A DNA stretch of 63,984 nt, filler included, from Lama guanicoe (GCA_013239625.1; 81 parts of 77 records of this genome joined end to end with filler, not necessarily neighbours in it); one strand, 5' to 3'; numbered from the whole stretch's first letter, positions 38,187-52,135 are shown. Notes: a model not told the origin generated them from the sequence alone. Numbers and translations: made by a program.

Positions 38187-39091
38187 AATTCTGTGTTCTG
38201 CATTCCTTGTTCTATATTATGGGTTCTGTATTCTGATTTCCATATTCTATATGCTGTGTTCTAAATTCTATAATCTGTATTCTATATTCTGCATTCCGTA
38301 TTTTATATTCTATATTTTGATTTCTGCATTCGATGTTCTAATTTCTATATTCAGTATTGTGTATTCTATATTCTAAATTCTGTGTTCTGCATTCAATGTT
38401 CTAAATTCTGGGTTCCGTATTCTATATTCTATATGCTGTGTTCTACATTCTATATTCTGTATTCTATATTCTGCATTCCGCATTCTATATTCTATATTCT
38501 GTGTTCTACATTCTATATTCTTAGTTCTATATTCAGTATTCTGTATTCTATATTCTAAATTCTGTGTTCTGCATTTCATTACTAAATACTAGGTTCTATA
38601 TTCTCTTTTATATATTCTAAAATTTGTGTTCTTCTTTCTTTATTCTACATTCTATAATCTGCATTCCGTATTCTATATTCTATATTCTGTGTTCTACATT
38701 CTATATTCTTAGTTCTATATTCAGTATTCTGTATTCTATATTCTAAATTCTGTGTTCTGCATTTCATTACTAAATACTAGGTTCTATATTCTCTTTTATA
38801 TATTCTAAAATTTGTGTTCTTCTTTCTTTATTCTACATTCTATAATCTGCATTCCGTATTCTATATTCTATATTCTGTGTTCTACATTCTATATTCTATA
38901 TCCTATATTCTGTATTCTGTAATCTAAATTCTGTGTTCTATATTCCATGATCTATATTCTATATTTAGGATTCTGTATTCTGTATTCTAAACTTTGTGTA
39001 CTTAATTCGATGTTCCAAATTCTATATTTAGTATTCATAATTTTATATACTAAATTCTGTGTTCTGCATTCCATGTTCTAAATTCTGGGTT
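38187..39091 (-). repeat. 7-bp-unit satellite, reverse (ATATTCT)n
   Basis: Near-exact 188-bp repeat (ACTAAATACTAGG at 38581 and 38769). Confidence 0.95.
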
Positions 39092-41125
39092 NNNNNNNNN
39101 NNNNNNNNNNNNNNNNNNNNNNNNNNNNNNNNNNNTTAATTAATTAANNNNNNNNNNNNNNNNNNNNNNNNNNNNNNNNNNNNNNNNNNNNCAAAGTGAA
39201 TGCTGCTCCCTGCCACACACCATCATAATGGTACTGCCTGCAAATCCCAAGCTCACGTTCCTTTCATCTCTACACTAACCATGTGGGTGACTTGGGTAGG
39301 CCTGAGTGATTCTCTAAGCCCAGTTTAATCGTGAATAGAAATGAGGGCAATAATGCAAACCTCAAATTGTTAGTGAGACAGTAATGAATTGTACCCCAAA
39401 TTTGCATGATGGAACCAATAAGGAAAAATGGGCAAAGGGTCCATAGGCCCTCTCCATATTATCTCTTACAACTACATGGGAAACTACATTACATCTAAAA
39501 ATAAAAAGTCTACTTTATTAAAGAGGTTATTGAGGTTAAGTGAGCTCACAGTCTCAAATAAGGAACACACAGTACAAATAGGACAATGCCCAGCCCATGA
39601 GATACACTCAGTTAACATTCCCACTGAACCCACTGGTACCTCCAACTTCAGAGCACAAGGATGGGTCCTCGTGGCAATAGGCCACTGCACCTGAAGCTAA
39701 GAAAGCTAAAAGTGCCCACTTCCAAGAGCCCCTGTCACCACCCTTGTTCTAATTTTCTATTTGCAATTTTTTACTAGAAATAGAGACTCCCAAATGCATA
39801 GTCTTCACATGACCAGACATCATGATGGCAGCCCTTCAAAACCTGACCACAGAGATCANNNNNNNNNNNNNNNNNNNNNNNNNNNNNNNNNNNNNNNNNN
39901 NNTTAATTAATTAANNNNNNNNNNNNNNNNNNNNNNNNNNNNNNNNNNNNNNNNNNNNAGAACCAAACTCAAGTTTCTGGGCACTGGGAAACAGTCAGAT
40001 TGCTAAGTAGCGCCAACCTTGGAATAACACCAGTTACTAATACAAGGCATTGACCACTCAAGTGTCTAAGACAGGAATTTAGTACCATAACTTGAACAAA
40101 AAGTCCCCAAAGTTGAGGAAGTTAACTGAGCTAGATATTTACCTGGATTATCAAAATCAAACTAAAATATTTACTTTTTCAAGAAAAGATAAAATTAAAA
40201 TTTCTCAAAAGCATAAAAGAAATAATACCAGCAGACTTCAATCTCCGCTGGTGTCTGTTCTTTGCATCATAGTCAGTAAACTCTGCTCCCTTCAGTGCTG
40301 GGGGGCCGGGTCTCACTGCTCTAGTTATCAGTCCATGAGAACACACATTTCTTGTAAGACCAGGTCCATAAAATTTTAAATGTTTCTGCCGTTAGTAAAT
40401 CAATATGTTTAAGGCAAAGGTGGAGACAGCCCTGATTTCTTTTTATCCTCACTCTCAGCTTTGACTTGAAAACCCTAGAAATTCTTGAAGCCACTAAAAT
40501 CCATCCTGCTAACACAAAAGTTATGCCTTTTTAAAAGTTATGCACTTTTAAAAGTGAGAAACGTGCCCTTAGTTTTGTTTTGGCACAAATTATTCACGTG
40601 CCTAGAATCTTCCACATCATATTGACATCACACCTGTATTGACTAATTGTGTAAAAAGAATTCGTTTTAATTAGCTATACTAGAGAAGAACAGAAAATGC
40701 TGAGTCCTGCGCTCTCAGTGAGCAGACATACTTGCCACATCAAGGTTTTGGGTTAGTTTTTTTTTTGTATTTGAAAAATATGTTCATTTCTGTTTTGTGC
40801 TTGTTTGGTGTGGAGAAACTGGGGACTTTTTACATTTGGGTTCCCAGTGAANNNNNNNNNNNNNNNNNNNNNNNNNNNNNNNNNNNNNNNNNNNNTTAAT
40901 TAATTAANNNNNNNNNNNNNNNNNNNNNNNNNNNNNNNNNNNNNNNNNNNNTGCAATTCTAATGAACTGCTAGGCAAAACATGTGACCTGTTTCATGGAT
41001 TTTGAAATTCATGGCAAATTTCTTTCCAAAAAAAATCACAAGAATTTGTTTTGCCATGTGCTGAGCTCTGTATGACAATAGCAAGTTCATGTAGTCTCAC
41101 CAGCACTAAGAATTAGATTTTGCAT

Positions 41126-41225
41126 GTGACAGAGCAGGACCCTATGGGGACTTTCTGGGACAGACTCCTCCCCCATATCCTCTGCTGTAGCTCCTCTCTG
41201 AAATGCCCAGATAATAGTAACTAAA
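41126..41225 (+). mobile_element. ERV LTR 5' fragment
   Basis: TGTGACAGAGCAGGACCCTATGGGG...CCCCCATATCCTCTGCT resembles an artiodactyl LTR start. Confidence 0.5.
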
Positions 41226-41472
41226 AATAGCTTTCCTCATGCTAAAGCCATTCTAGCCTGACTCTAACACATGTTTCTATCTTCCTGAGAGGACTCCCTC
41301 TCTCCCTTAAGCACCCTTTGTTCCAGGCACAGAAATGTCTGGAGATATGACTCATTAACTCTAGGTGCAGAANNNNNNNNNNNNNNNNNNNNNNNNNNNN
41401 NNNNNNNNNNNNNNNNTTAATTAATTAANNNNNNNNNNNNNNNNNNNNNNNNNNNNNNNNNNNNNNNNNNNN

Positions 41473-41616
41473 AAACCATTTGTTGAAAAGACTATTTTTC
41501 CTTCATTGTCTTAGTACCCTATGTCAAAAATCAGTTGACCATAAAGGTGAGACTTTATTTCTGGATACTCAATTCTGTTTCTCTGATCTCTATGTCTAGT
41601 CTTATGCCAACATAAT
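41473..41616 (-). mobile_element. L1 ORF2 fragment
   Basis: ACCATTTGTTGAAAAGACT...AAAATCAGTTGACCATA antisense L1 motif. Confidence 0.85.
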
Positions 41617-43770
41617 NNNNNNNNNNNNNNNNNNNNNNNNNNNNNNNNNNNNNNNNNNNNNNNNNNNNNNNNNNNNNNNNNNNNNNNNNNNNNNNNNNNN
41701 NNNNNNNNNNNNNNNNNNNNNNNNNNNNNNNNNNNNNNNNNNNNNNNNNNNNNNNNNNNNNNNNNNNNNNNNNNNNNNNNNNNNNNNNNNNNNNNNNNNN
41801 NNNNNNNNNNNNNNNNNNNNNNNNNNNNNNNNNNNNNNNNNNNNNNNNNNNNNNNNNNNNNNNNNNNNNNNNNNNNNNNNNNNNNNNNNNNNNNNNNNNN
41901 NNNNNNNNNNNNNNNNNNNNNNNNNNNNNNNNNNNNNNNNNNNNNNNNNNNNNNNNNNNNNNNNNNNNNNNNNNNNNNNNNNNNNNNNNNNNNNNNNNNN
42001 NNNNNNNNNNNNNNNNNNNNNNNNNNNNNNNNNNNAACTTAATATTAACGTCAATACTTCCCAAATTGGTTTAAATGACATATTTTACGGGTACAGAATT
42101 CTAGGTTGATAACGATTTTCTCTCATGAATTTGAACATTTTTCACTTTTTAAAAAATAAAATNNNNNNNNNNNNNNNNNNNNNNNNNNNNNNNNNNNNNN
42201 NNNNNNTTAATTAATTAANNNNNNNNNNNNNNNNNNNNNNNNNNNNNNNNNNNNNNNNNNNNATTTAAATAACACGTTGTTTATGTATATCAGACATCAA
42301 ACTAAAGCTCAGAACTTCTCTGATGATATCCAGTGTTTCCAACAGTTCATGTTGTTTTGACCAATCAAGTGCAATAGAGGTGTTCTATAAGTGTCCTACT
42401 AGAATGTTATGTTATATCTTATTACATGTAAAAACCAGGAAATACTGATAGAATTTCAAAAATACAAGGTTCTCAAAAATTATTGCTTATGCTATTTTAA
42501 TAAAACAGTTTATGTGATATAAAGAGAGGCTTATATTGAAGTAAGAATTGGAAAGAGATTAGAAAAATTTAATCTAGCCAAGTTTAGGCTGATTAATTTG
42601 TTCACTCAATGGATATTTCTGGAGCCAGAATTTGTGGGGGAAAAAAACCAACAGTGCATTTCATGGTATGTAGAATCACTTAACAAACATTGCTTGAGCC
42701 AAGAATATTTATGGTATGATTCAGGATACAGGCACCTCAAGGATTTAGTTTTTTTTTTTAGTAAGAATTGCAAATATATACAAATCGATGCATATGCCAG
42801 GAAGTATGCAAAATATTGTGTATGCAAGATCCAAATTAATGCTCTGAATTAAACCAACAAAATGGGTTCAGTGATTACCTATGATTTTTCTGATGAGAAA
42901 ATTTGAACCTAGAAATTATGTAAATTTCCCAAGGTCACCCTCCTCTTAACAGACATGGATTAGCCCTCATCCCCTCAGGCGTCAGAATTTATGTTTCTAG
43001 TGACTACACAACGCCCCTCTGTATCACTGAACTAGATTCAATAATTAAAGGGCACGACACAAGGTCCTGATACTCCATATGNNNNNNNNNNNNNNNNNNN
43101 NNNNNNNNNNNNNNNNNNNNNNNNNTTAATTAATTAANNNNNNNNNNNNNNNNNNNNNNNNNNNNNNNNNNNNNNNNNNNNTTCCCCAGCTGGGGTAGCG
43201 TACCCTGTGTCACTCATCCCACTCACAGCCCGACACCTCCTCCCTGCCGACCCTGTGTTCAGAAGCCACTCTGGGCATATGAAGAACATTTTGCCTCGTG
43301 TCACTATTGACCAAGACCTGTGACCTCTCTGTCCCTTAACTCTCTCTTCAAAGCCATTTAAATTTTATGCAGGCTCCTCCGCTCAGATGTAAGAAAAGCC
43401 TCTTTAAACTTCTTGATGCAGCTCCTTAATGAAGATCTTGCGAGAAGGAAACCTAGTCAAAACCTGGGATGTATGCACATAGTGACTGTAATCTCAGCAT
43501 TTTGTAAAGTTCAGAATCAGAGGGGTGGGAGACTCAGGAAAGGCTTTTTAAGGTAGAAAGAGGAAAGTGAATGGACGCAGGCTGTGTGAGACTGAAACAT
43601 CTCGGTCCCAGCCAGCAAGGGACCTGTGTTCAGGATGGTGTGTGGGGAGTACAGAGTTCTCACAAAGAAANNNNNNNNNNNNNNNNNNNNNNNNNNNNNN
43701 NNNNNNNNNNNNNNTTAATTAATTAANNNNNNNNNNNNNNNNNNNNNNNNNNNNNNNNNNNNNNNNNNNN

Positions 43771-44295
43771 TCATAATTAAAAGAACAAGAGGAGTCCCCT
43801 GAAAGAATGAATGATGAGACAGTCCTCAATGGTCCACTAGATCATGACATCAAAAAGGGAACAAAAAAGCACTGAAGGAAATAAAATAGACTATGAATAG
43901 AGAAAAAGAGTACTATAAAAAGGAAATTGAAACTATAAAGAAGAGTCAATTAAAAACAGAAAACTCAATGGCTGAGATAAGAGCTGAGCTAAAGGCACTC
44001 AAAAGCAGAATAGATAATGCAGAGGGACAAGTAAATGACTTAGGAGACAGGATAACAGAAGTCACTCAATCAGAATAGCAGACAGAAAAGCAAGGAGAGA
44101 GAAAGAACTTCACAGACAAGCAAAAACTAAAAGAAATGCTCAATACTAAACCTGTGTTAAAAGAAATTTTGAAAGTTCTACTCTAAATAGAAAAGAAACA
44201 GGAAGCTATAGAAACCAGAAAGCCATAATTGCAAATGCAGTAACTCTAATAGTTGTAAGTGAATAACCACGAAGATGTAAAAAAAAAAAAAAAAA
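43771..44295 (+). mobile_element. L1 ORF1 fragment with in-frame internal deletion
   Basis: Coiled coil (KKEIETIKKSQ..LKSRIDNAEGQVNDLGDRITE) joined at ~44093/44094 to the C-terminal GERKNFTDKQKLKE...LKEILKVLL*. Confidence 0.85.
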
Positions 44296-44395
44296 NNNNN
44301 NNNNNNNNNNNNNNNNNNNNNNNNNNNNNNNNNNNNNNNTTAATTAATTAANNNNNNNNNNNNNNNNNNNNNNNNNNNNNNNNNNNNNNNNNNNN

Positions 44396-44700
44396 AAAAA
44401 AAAAAAAGACAAATGAACTTATATATAAAACAGAAACAGACTCAGACATAGAAAACATACTTATGGTTATCAGGGGGAAAGAGGGTGGGAAGGGATAAAC
44501 TGGGAGTTCGAGATTTGCAGATAGTGACTGGTATAAATAAAATGGATATACAAATTTATACTGTATAGCACAGGGAAACATTCAGTCTTGTAGTAGCTTG
44601 CAGTGAAAAAGAATATAAAAATGAATATATGTATATTCATGTATGGCTGACACAATATTGTAAACTGACTATACCTCAAAAAAATTAAAAAAAAAAAAGA
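44396..44700 (+). mobile_element. Artiodactyl-type L1 3' UTR with poly(A)
   Basis: ACAGACTCAGACATAGAAAAC..TTATGGTTA..GGGATAAACTGGGAGTTCGAGATT..CTGTATAGCACAGGGAA..GTAAACTGACTATACCTCAAAA. Confidence 0.9.
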
Positions 44701-46034
44701 AGTCTCATACAGAGGTTAAGGCAGAGAGAGAGACAGGACCTCAGGTACGCATCTTTACTAGGGTCTGTGTGTATAGTGCTTTGCAGTTCCCAGGCTAAGA
44801 TTGGTCAATCCAAACAAACTGGGTTTTGGTAAGCCCTATGAGAGTCTTATTTAGGGGACACACAAGGGGAAGACCCTGGGGAGTGGGGGAGACTGTTGAT
44901 CACAAGGGCTGTTGGAGAACTCACATGAGGAACTTATATTTGCTTGTGAGTCTGTTGGCTGCTTTCTAGTGTGCTCTTGCATGAGGGCTAGTGTGAATTT
45001 AAAGCCTTCACAAGCCACTTGGCCGAACAAAATTGATGCTGAGTCAGGAGTATGATGGAGTCACTTAGCTAAACTCTCGATGTGACACAACATTTTTTTC
45101 TACAATCTTCCCATTTTGATAAAAAATAATTGTCAAAAAAAAGGTTATTCTTGATCACAAAATTAAGATTAGTCTCATTAGATTTGGCCTATTNNNNNNN
45201 NNNNNNNNNNNNNNNNNNNNNNNNNNNNNNNNNNNNNTTAATTAATTAANNNNNNNNNNNNNNNNNNNNNNNNNNNNNNNNNNNNNNNNNNNNCAAAACA
45301 AATAAAAATCCTTTTCAAAACAAAATGTAAAAGGAATCTATACAGAAGACAAGAGTCCAGTTTTGAAAGAGAAGTAGAGTGACAGGTAAAACTCCAACTA
45401 CTGCAACATCATACCACCTTCCTAAAAGATTTTAATATTTCTTTGTCCTGCATAAGAAACGTAAAGTACACAGAAAATAGCCTCTCAAGAGAGTCCCTTC
45501 AAATAGAACACCGAAATTCTGGGATTAACCAGATATTAAAATGATCTTCCATTAAACACAGATAATCTCAACTGTTTTGAAATTCCTTTGACTTTTGTTT
45601 TTTGGAACACTCTCTAGAAATTTCATGAGTGACAATTTTGTATCTAACATCCCCTAGAGAAATTTCTTGATTGAATATATTTTCATATGCCACACATTAC
45701 TTACATCTTTATTTTTCTTTCTGTTTTAAAGTACCTGCATCAACCATCAGTAAGTTCCTTTTCTAATCCTAAAATTTGTAGAAGGTAAGCCAGTTCTACT
45801 CCCTATTGCTATTATAGTGTTAGTAGTCTAAAATCTCAGTGCTAATATTTCTGTACACTTTCTCTGTGTGATACAGATAAATAATTGATGATACTGTAAA
45901 AGATGAAGATCTATTAATCAACAATTAATAGATTNNNNNNNNNNNNNNNNNNNNNNNNNNNNNNNNNNNNNNNNNNNNTTAATTAATTAANNNNNNNNNN
46001 NNNNNNNNNNNNNNNNNNNNNNNNNNNNNNNNNN

Positions 46035-46340
46035 GAGATGCCAAGTGGTCAAGATGCTGTAAAGTCTGATGTTTGAAAGAGAGGTGTGGACTGGAGGTCG
46101 TCAGTGAGCATCATGGCAACAGTGGCATTTGAAGTCGTGGAAGTGGATAGGATGGCTCAATGGGGTGTGCAAAGGGAGTGAAAGATAAAATCCAAGACCA
46201 AGCCAGGAAAAACTCCAGCAAAGAGATGTTCAGTGAAAGAGGAAGCACCAATGAAAGAGACAAAGATGGGGCGACCTGAAATGCCACAAAGGAAGCAAGT
46301 ATTTCTGGGATAGCAGACATTGAGTGGTATGAGGATAATA
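46035..46340 (-). mobile_element. L2 fragment
   Basis: GAGAGGTGTGGACTGGAG..TTTGAAGTCGTGGAAGTGGATAGGAT resembles antisense L2. Confidence 0.55.
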
Positions 46341-47748
46341 TGAACCTCACTTTGATAGAAGTGTTCTTTGTGGAAATCTCAGAATAAGAGAAAGCCTCTC
46401 CCTCCTCCCCCTTATTTCCTTTCCCCTCAAGAACATTATTGCCAACAAATAGTTCAACATCCATCCCAGCTTCTTTCAAATACAGCATGAGGACAGGTAT
46501 GAGGTACCATTAACTCAGAAAAACATCAATCTTCCTTGGTTAAGCTCACACTGTTACATGTGAATGGAAGAAACTGACACCAANNNNNNNNNNNNNNNNN
46601 NNNNNNNNNNNNNNNNNNNNNNNNNNNTTAATTAATTAANNNNNNNNNNNNNNNNNNNNNNNNNNNNNNNNNNNNNNNNNNNNTACATATATATAAATGA
46701 ATGAATTTATATACAAAATAAAGAATGAGGGGGTAAACAAATTAACATGTACTTAAACTATAATGAGGACACAATTTCAAATGCAACATATGGGAAAGAG
46801 GGAAGAATGGCCAAAGAGTGAACAACAGCAAAAAATCACCATCTCTGTGCTCATTGCTAAGGAGACTTTGGGAACAGAGGTAGGACATGTGGTGAGCTAG
46901 GCATGGCACTCTGACAACAGAATACTTGAAAACTTAACTAATAGTTTATCAGTACTAGATATAAAAAATCTCTGTATTTTCATATCTTTGAATAAAATAA
47001 GAAGCACATACAGTCATTCTTAGTTATACAACACTGCTTTGACAGCCACCTGTTTGGAGACCATTACTTGTATTTTATTTAACNNNNNNNNNNNNNNNNN
47101 NNNNNNNNNNNNNNNNNNNNNNNNNNNTTAATTAATTAANNNNNNNNNNNNNNNNNNNNNNNNNNNNNNNNNNNNNNNNNNNNTTCTTTAAGGACCTAGA
47201 GGTTGTACACGTGCAGAAACGGGATCCCGAAAGAGAGGATTTCTTATCCTAAATGTGCGTTAAAATTCTTTCCTCTTTAAAGCTGTGACTATGAGTTTTA
47301 AAAATCAATCTTAACTTTTAATCAAGTCTGTGACAGTCAGCCTGGTGATGTGTTTTTAAAGGACCCAGAGTTGTTCCCTCAGTCTTTAAGATTGAACCTC
47401 CCCCCCTCCCCCTCTGGACACCCTGCCTGTGCTCCTTTACACTCTGCACGGTCCTCTCTAACCACGCTAGGTCCTTTTATATCGCAAATGTTTACAAAAT
47501 AGGGCCAATCTGCACTACATCCCACTGGAAGAGCTTCATGGGCAACAATTTACTTTTCTTTTTAAGATCCATTTACATTTTATAGTGCCTGCATCATATT
47601 TTTTTTAAAGCAATACATACTAGCCAAGTTTATGAATTCCCAAATTACNNNNNNNNNNNNNNNNNNNNNNNNNNNNNNNNNNNNNNNNNNNNTTAATTAA
47701 TTAANNNNNNNNNNNNNNNNNNNNNNNNNNNNNNNNNNNNNNNNNNNN

Positions 47749-48345
47749 CTCAGAATTCCCCCTAACATGGATCACCTATGACTGAAGAGAGCTGCGTCGA
47801 GTTGTCTCTCGAGCTTCCCTACGCACTGACAATGGTTCCGGATTCCTGAGAGTGGGGAGGTTCCACAAACGGTCGGCAGCTCGTGGGTTCTAACGGAATG
47901 CTTTTGCTCGTCTCCCCTGGTTTTTTTTCCTAATGTCTCGGTCCCAGGGAATGCTAGGGGGGTTTGCAGGCAATCCCAGTGACAGAGGCTGCATCCCCAA
48001 GGTCTGGGAAGATATTTCTCGGACTTCCCCGTTCAGGGAACACCTGTGACTGAAGAGATGGAGTTGTCTCTCGAGCTCCCCACGCACTGACAATGTTTCC
48101 GGAATCCTGAGCGTGGCGAGGTTCCACCAACGGTCGGCAGCGCGTGGGATGTACGGAATGCATAAGCTCGTCTCCCCTTGGTTTTTTCCTAATTTCTCTG
48201 AACCAGGGAATGCTAGGGGGGTTTGCAGTCAATCTCAGTGACATATGCTGCCTCCCTAAGTTCAGGGAAGTTATTTCTCGGACTTCCCCAATCTGCGAAA
48301 ACCTGTGACTGAAGAGAGCTGCGTGGATTTGTCTCTCGATCTCCC
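47749..48345 (+). repeat. 267-bp satellite
   Basis: Same monomer; one copy has a small deletion near 48058. Confidence 0.94.
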
Positions 48346-48699
48346 NNNNNNNNNNNNNNNNNNNNNNNNNNNNNNNNNNNNNNNNNNNNTTAATTAATTA
48401 ANNNNNNNNNNNNNNNNNNNNNNNNNNNNNNNNNNNNNNNNNNNNCAGTTACCCTCTGTAGGGTGCTCTGCACCCTTGTCTGATATTTTAAGCTTGTGGT
48501 GGTTCACGCCCTTACAAAACCGTACGATCAGGGGGGCAGGCCTTGCCTCCTGTGAGCTAAAGAAAGCTTCCACTTGGTGTATTAACCAGTTCCTCCACTG
48601 AAACTTTGTTTCCGCATCAAGAATGAATCTCCCCTTTCTCTATGAGTTTTCACTCTTATTGTTGTTTTAAGTAGCTCATCATTCAAACAGACTCGCATT

Positions 48700-48805
48700 A
48701 TTACAGTTTCTCCAAAGGCAGTGAGTGTGTCTTGTTCATCTTTGAATCCCCAGGGTCGTACCCAGTGCCTGGTAGGTGCCTGATGGTTAATATTGTTGAG
48801 TATCA
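48700..48805 (+). mobile_element. L2 3' end fragment
   Basis: GTCTTGTTCATCTTTGAATCCCCAG..CAGTGCCTGG..AATATTGTTGA. Confidence 0.55.
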
Positions 48806-49454
48806 AATAGATTCTATGTTGGTGCACCTGCATGCTGTCTAACATGGCCTATGTTGGTTCTATTCTTTATTGCTATGTAAGAATTGATACATTTATATAC
48901 TTCTGCCTGAGAAGAAAGAACCCACCTTGTCCCTAGTCTGAAAGATAAATGAGGCATTTGTGACCTGTTTTTCCCCCTTTGTGATGTAATCTTTAGCATC
49001 GGGTTTTGTTCAGAAATGGCTTTTTCATCCACTGTGCCATCACAGAGGAGGGGCCCATTAGCTTTTGACTGCCACAGCCATCCCACACCATGGCCATGGA
49101 AGCAGTGGTAACAATACACGAAGTGCACTCAGTTTCCACCTCCACACTCAGTTTTCCCCCTCTGAAGCTCCTTCTGAAATCCAGTGACTCCGCACCTGCA
49201 GTCTGAAGGTATTTTCATGGGATGACTGTGCCTTACTTATNNNNNNNNNNNNNNNNNNNNNNNNNNNNNNNNNNNNNNNNNNNNTTAATTAATTAANNNN
49301 NNNNNNNNNNNNNNNNNNNNNNNNNNNNNNNNNNNNNNNNGCACAGTATCTATTACCACCGCAGAAACGGACTTACATGGAAGCATAATTACGGCAGACT
49401 CGCTGCCCCTAGCGGCTCAGATGTCTTCCCCTCTTATGACTGTATTCAGCAGCT

Positions 49455-49620
49455 TGGTTCACCAGAAATAGAGCTCCAGTCACACAGGTAACTTTAAATT
49501 TACTGGAAGCCACGATGAAAAAATAAAAAGAAAATCGTAAAGAGTTTAAAAATACACTCTACCTCATCCAGTATGTCTAAAATATTATGATTCAAACATG
49601 TGATTGACACAAGAATGCTG
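49455..49620. mobile_element. hAT-Charlie MITE fragment (MER3/MER33-like)
   Basis: TTTAAATTTACTGGAAGCCAC..AAAATATTATGATTCAAACATGTGAT. Confidence 0.45.
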
Positions 49621-49756
49621 GGAAATAAGCCGCACCTACATTCCCACGAGCTTAAAACATCACATTCACACTTACTTGCTTAGAAGCACACGCTCGCTTT
49701 GTTTAATCGTTTACGCAGTAGACGACCTATAGCACGCATTACGCTAAAGAAAACGT

Positions 49757-50181
49757 GTGAGGGGCGATCCTGAGATTGACCGTGAGGGCACGGAGGAGGG
49801 CAGGTACTTCCTTAGGGTAAAGCAACGGACGGGCCTGGAAAGCCAGATCGCCCATGAACAGAACTTGGTTCCGGCATGGAAGCAGGTGGTTTAGCCCCGG
49901 GGAAGTACTCGCTATCTCCAGATGTCCCGGGGGCAATCACAGGATAGACTCAGAACGTTGCACACCCCGAGGAGGGTGGCTGTTCCTGGAAGAGATGGGC
50001 CTGAAATTAATCAGCTAGCCAGCAAGCAGAACTGAGTGCTCAGCGCATGGAACGTCTAAAGCCCCACCTCTCTGATCGCATTTTTTCCTGCGCTGTTTAC
50101 TCCTAATAAATATGATGTCGATCAGGTTTTCAGGACTCTGGATCCACAAGACCTTGAGTCCCCTGGTCCCATCTTTGCTCT
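49757..50181 (+). mobile_element. Probable ERV LTR (CpG-retaining)
   Basis: Starts TGTGAGGGG; 3' part GGATCCACAAGACCTTGAGTCCCCTGGTCCC is LTR R-like. Confidence 0.4.
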
Positions 50182-50926
50182 NNNNNNNNNNNNNNNNNNN
50201 NNNNNNNNNNNNNNNNNNNNNNNNNTTAATTAATTAANNNNNNNNNNNNNNNNNNNNNNNNNNNNNNNNNNNNNNNNNNNNCTATCAAACCATACCTCAC
50301 CTAGTTTCTGGTCAACTGTGATAAGATCTTCATATGATTTCTTCTGCCTTTTTTCTGAATTACCCTTCATGTTTGAGAACCTGTGACTCTCCAGGGTTTT
50401 AAATGACTCTGGCCTTGGATTTGTATTCTGTATATGGACTTTCCTGGTATAGCTCCAGCAACTCCTCTTTTGAAAAAATTTTCCTGGACAGTCCTCATTG
50501 ATTGACACGTAACTCTGCTTTCCTTCCATGTCATGCTTCTCTAGGGCTTGGAGAGCTAGACTAACAAGGGTTGGGGTTCTAAAGCAATCTCTCTGCCCCA
50601 AACTGTAGATATTTAAGTAGAGGCTGGAAGGCCACTTAACTGGCCACTGTGAATGAATGTCAAGCTTTTATGAGGTTGGGAATGATGACTCTGTCTGTAC
50701 ATGCCAATTCTCTGATTGATTCTAGTTTTCATTACAGAATTAAAAGACAAGTTCAAGTTGAAAACCATTTTCACACCGACACTTCCACAAAATCCATACT
50801 CCTTATAGTTCTTTAGGTAGTTTCACNNNNNNNNNNNNNNNNNNNNNNNNNNNNNNNNNNNNNNNNNNNNTTAATTAATTAANNNNNNNNNNNNNNNNNN
50901 NNNNNNNNNNNNNNNNNNNNNNNNNN

Positions 50927-51377
50927 AAGTCCATAGTCTACTGTGGACTCTTGGAATGCTTACCAGTCTTGCATAATATAAACAGTGCTGTTGTGAACAA
51001 TGGTTCTTCTCAATTTATGGTTTATTCCCCAGATTTTTCTTTGCAGAGGTATTACTGTTTCATATGGCAATTCTGTTTAAATATTTAAAGAAATCTGAAT
51101 ACTGTATTCCATAGATGTTGTACCAATTTACATTCCTACCAAGAGTATACAAGAGATTTGTTTCCTCCACAACGTCTCCAACACTTTTATTTGTACACCT
51201 TTTGATAATAACCATTTGACCAATGTGAAGTGATAACTCACTGTGGTTTTGAACTGCAATTAACTAACAATTAGTAATGTTGAGCATTTGTGTCACTTGC
51301 ATATTTCTCATCTGCATGTTTCCATTGGAAAATATTAACTCAGGTACTCTGCTTTTGTTTTTGATTTGGTTTTTGTT
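50927..51377 (-). mobile_element. Degenerate L1 ORF2 3' fragment
   Basis: GTTGTACCAATTTACATTCCTACCAAGAGT antisense motif. Confidence 0.85.
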
Positions 51378-52135
51378 NNNNNNNNNNNNNNNNNNNNNNN
51401 NNNNNNNNNNNNNNNNNNNNNTTAATTAATTAANNNNNNNNNNNNNNNNNNNNNNNNNNNNNNNNNNNNNNNNNNNNACCTGGAATACAGTGAGCATAGT
51501 CATTATTTTGAAAGCAGTCCTCAGTCTTGATAATGCAGAACATTTACAGTTCTCTGCCAGCACATGAGCGAGGGTCTTTCTTGTGGATCCCAGGAATTAT
51601 CTTCACATCCCCTAATGCAACCATGAGAAAACACCATATTGTTATCCTAAATCAAGTTTTTGTCAGTATTGCATTCCCATTGCAAAACAGTTAAGAATTG
51701 TAGGAGTTCTGAGATTTTACCATGGTAAGATTTTTAGCAACCCAACATGTTCCTTTCTTACTTATGTTTTTGGGGAGATACCTTTGGTCAGAGACAGTGA
51801 ACATTATCACTCACAGCAAAAGCAGCCATGGTTAAATTTGTATCCATTCCCTAATCTCAGATGAATACACAGAGTGAAATTTTGATGCCTACAGAATCAG
51901 TGGGCTTTAATTATGAAGAAAGTTTAAGGCATGGTCAAACACTATTTATATTAGTATCTTTATGTATAATTTATTAGAATCATTTGTTTATTAGTATCTT
52001 TATCTAGGATAAGTCTATCATGACTCAAGATTACTNNNNNNNNNNNNNNNNNNNNNNNNNNNNNNNNNNNNNNNNNNNNTTAATTAATTAANNNNNNNNN
52101 NNNNNNNNNNNNNNNNNNNNNNNNNNNNNNNNNNN

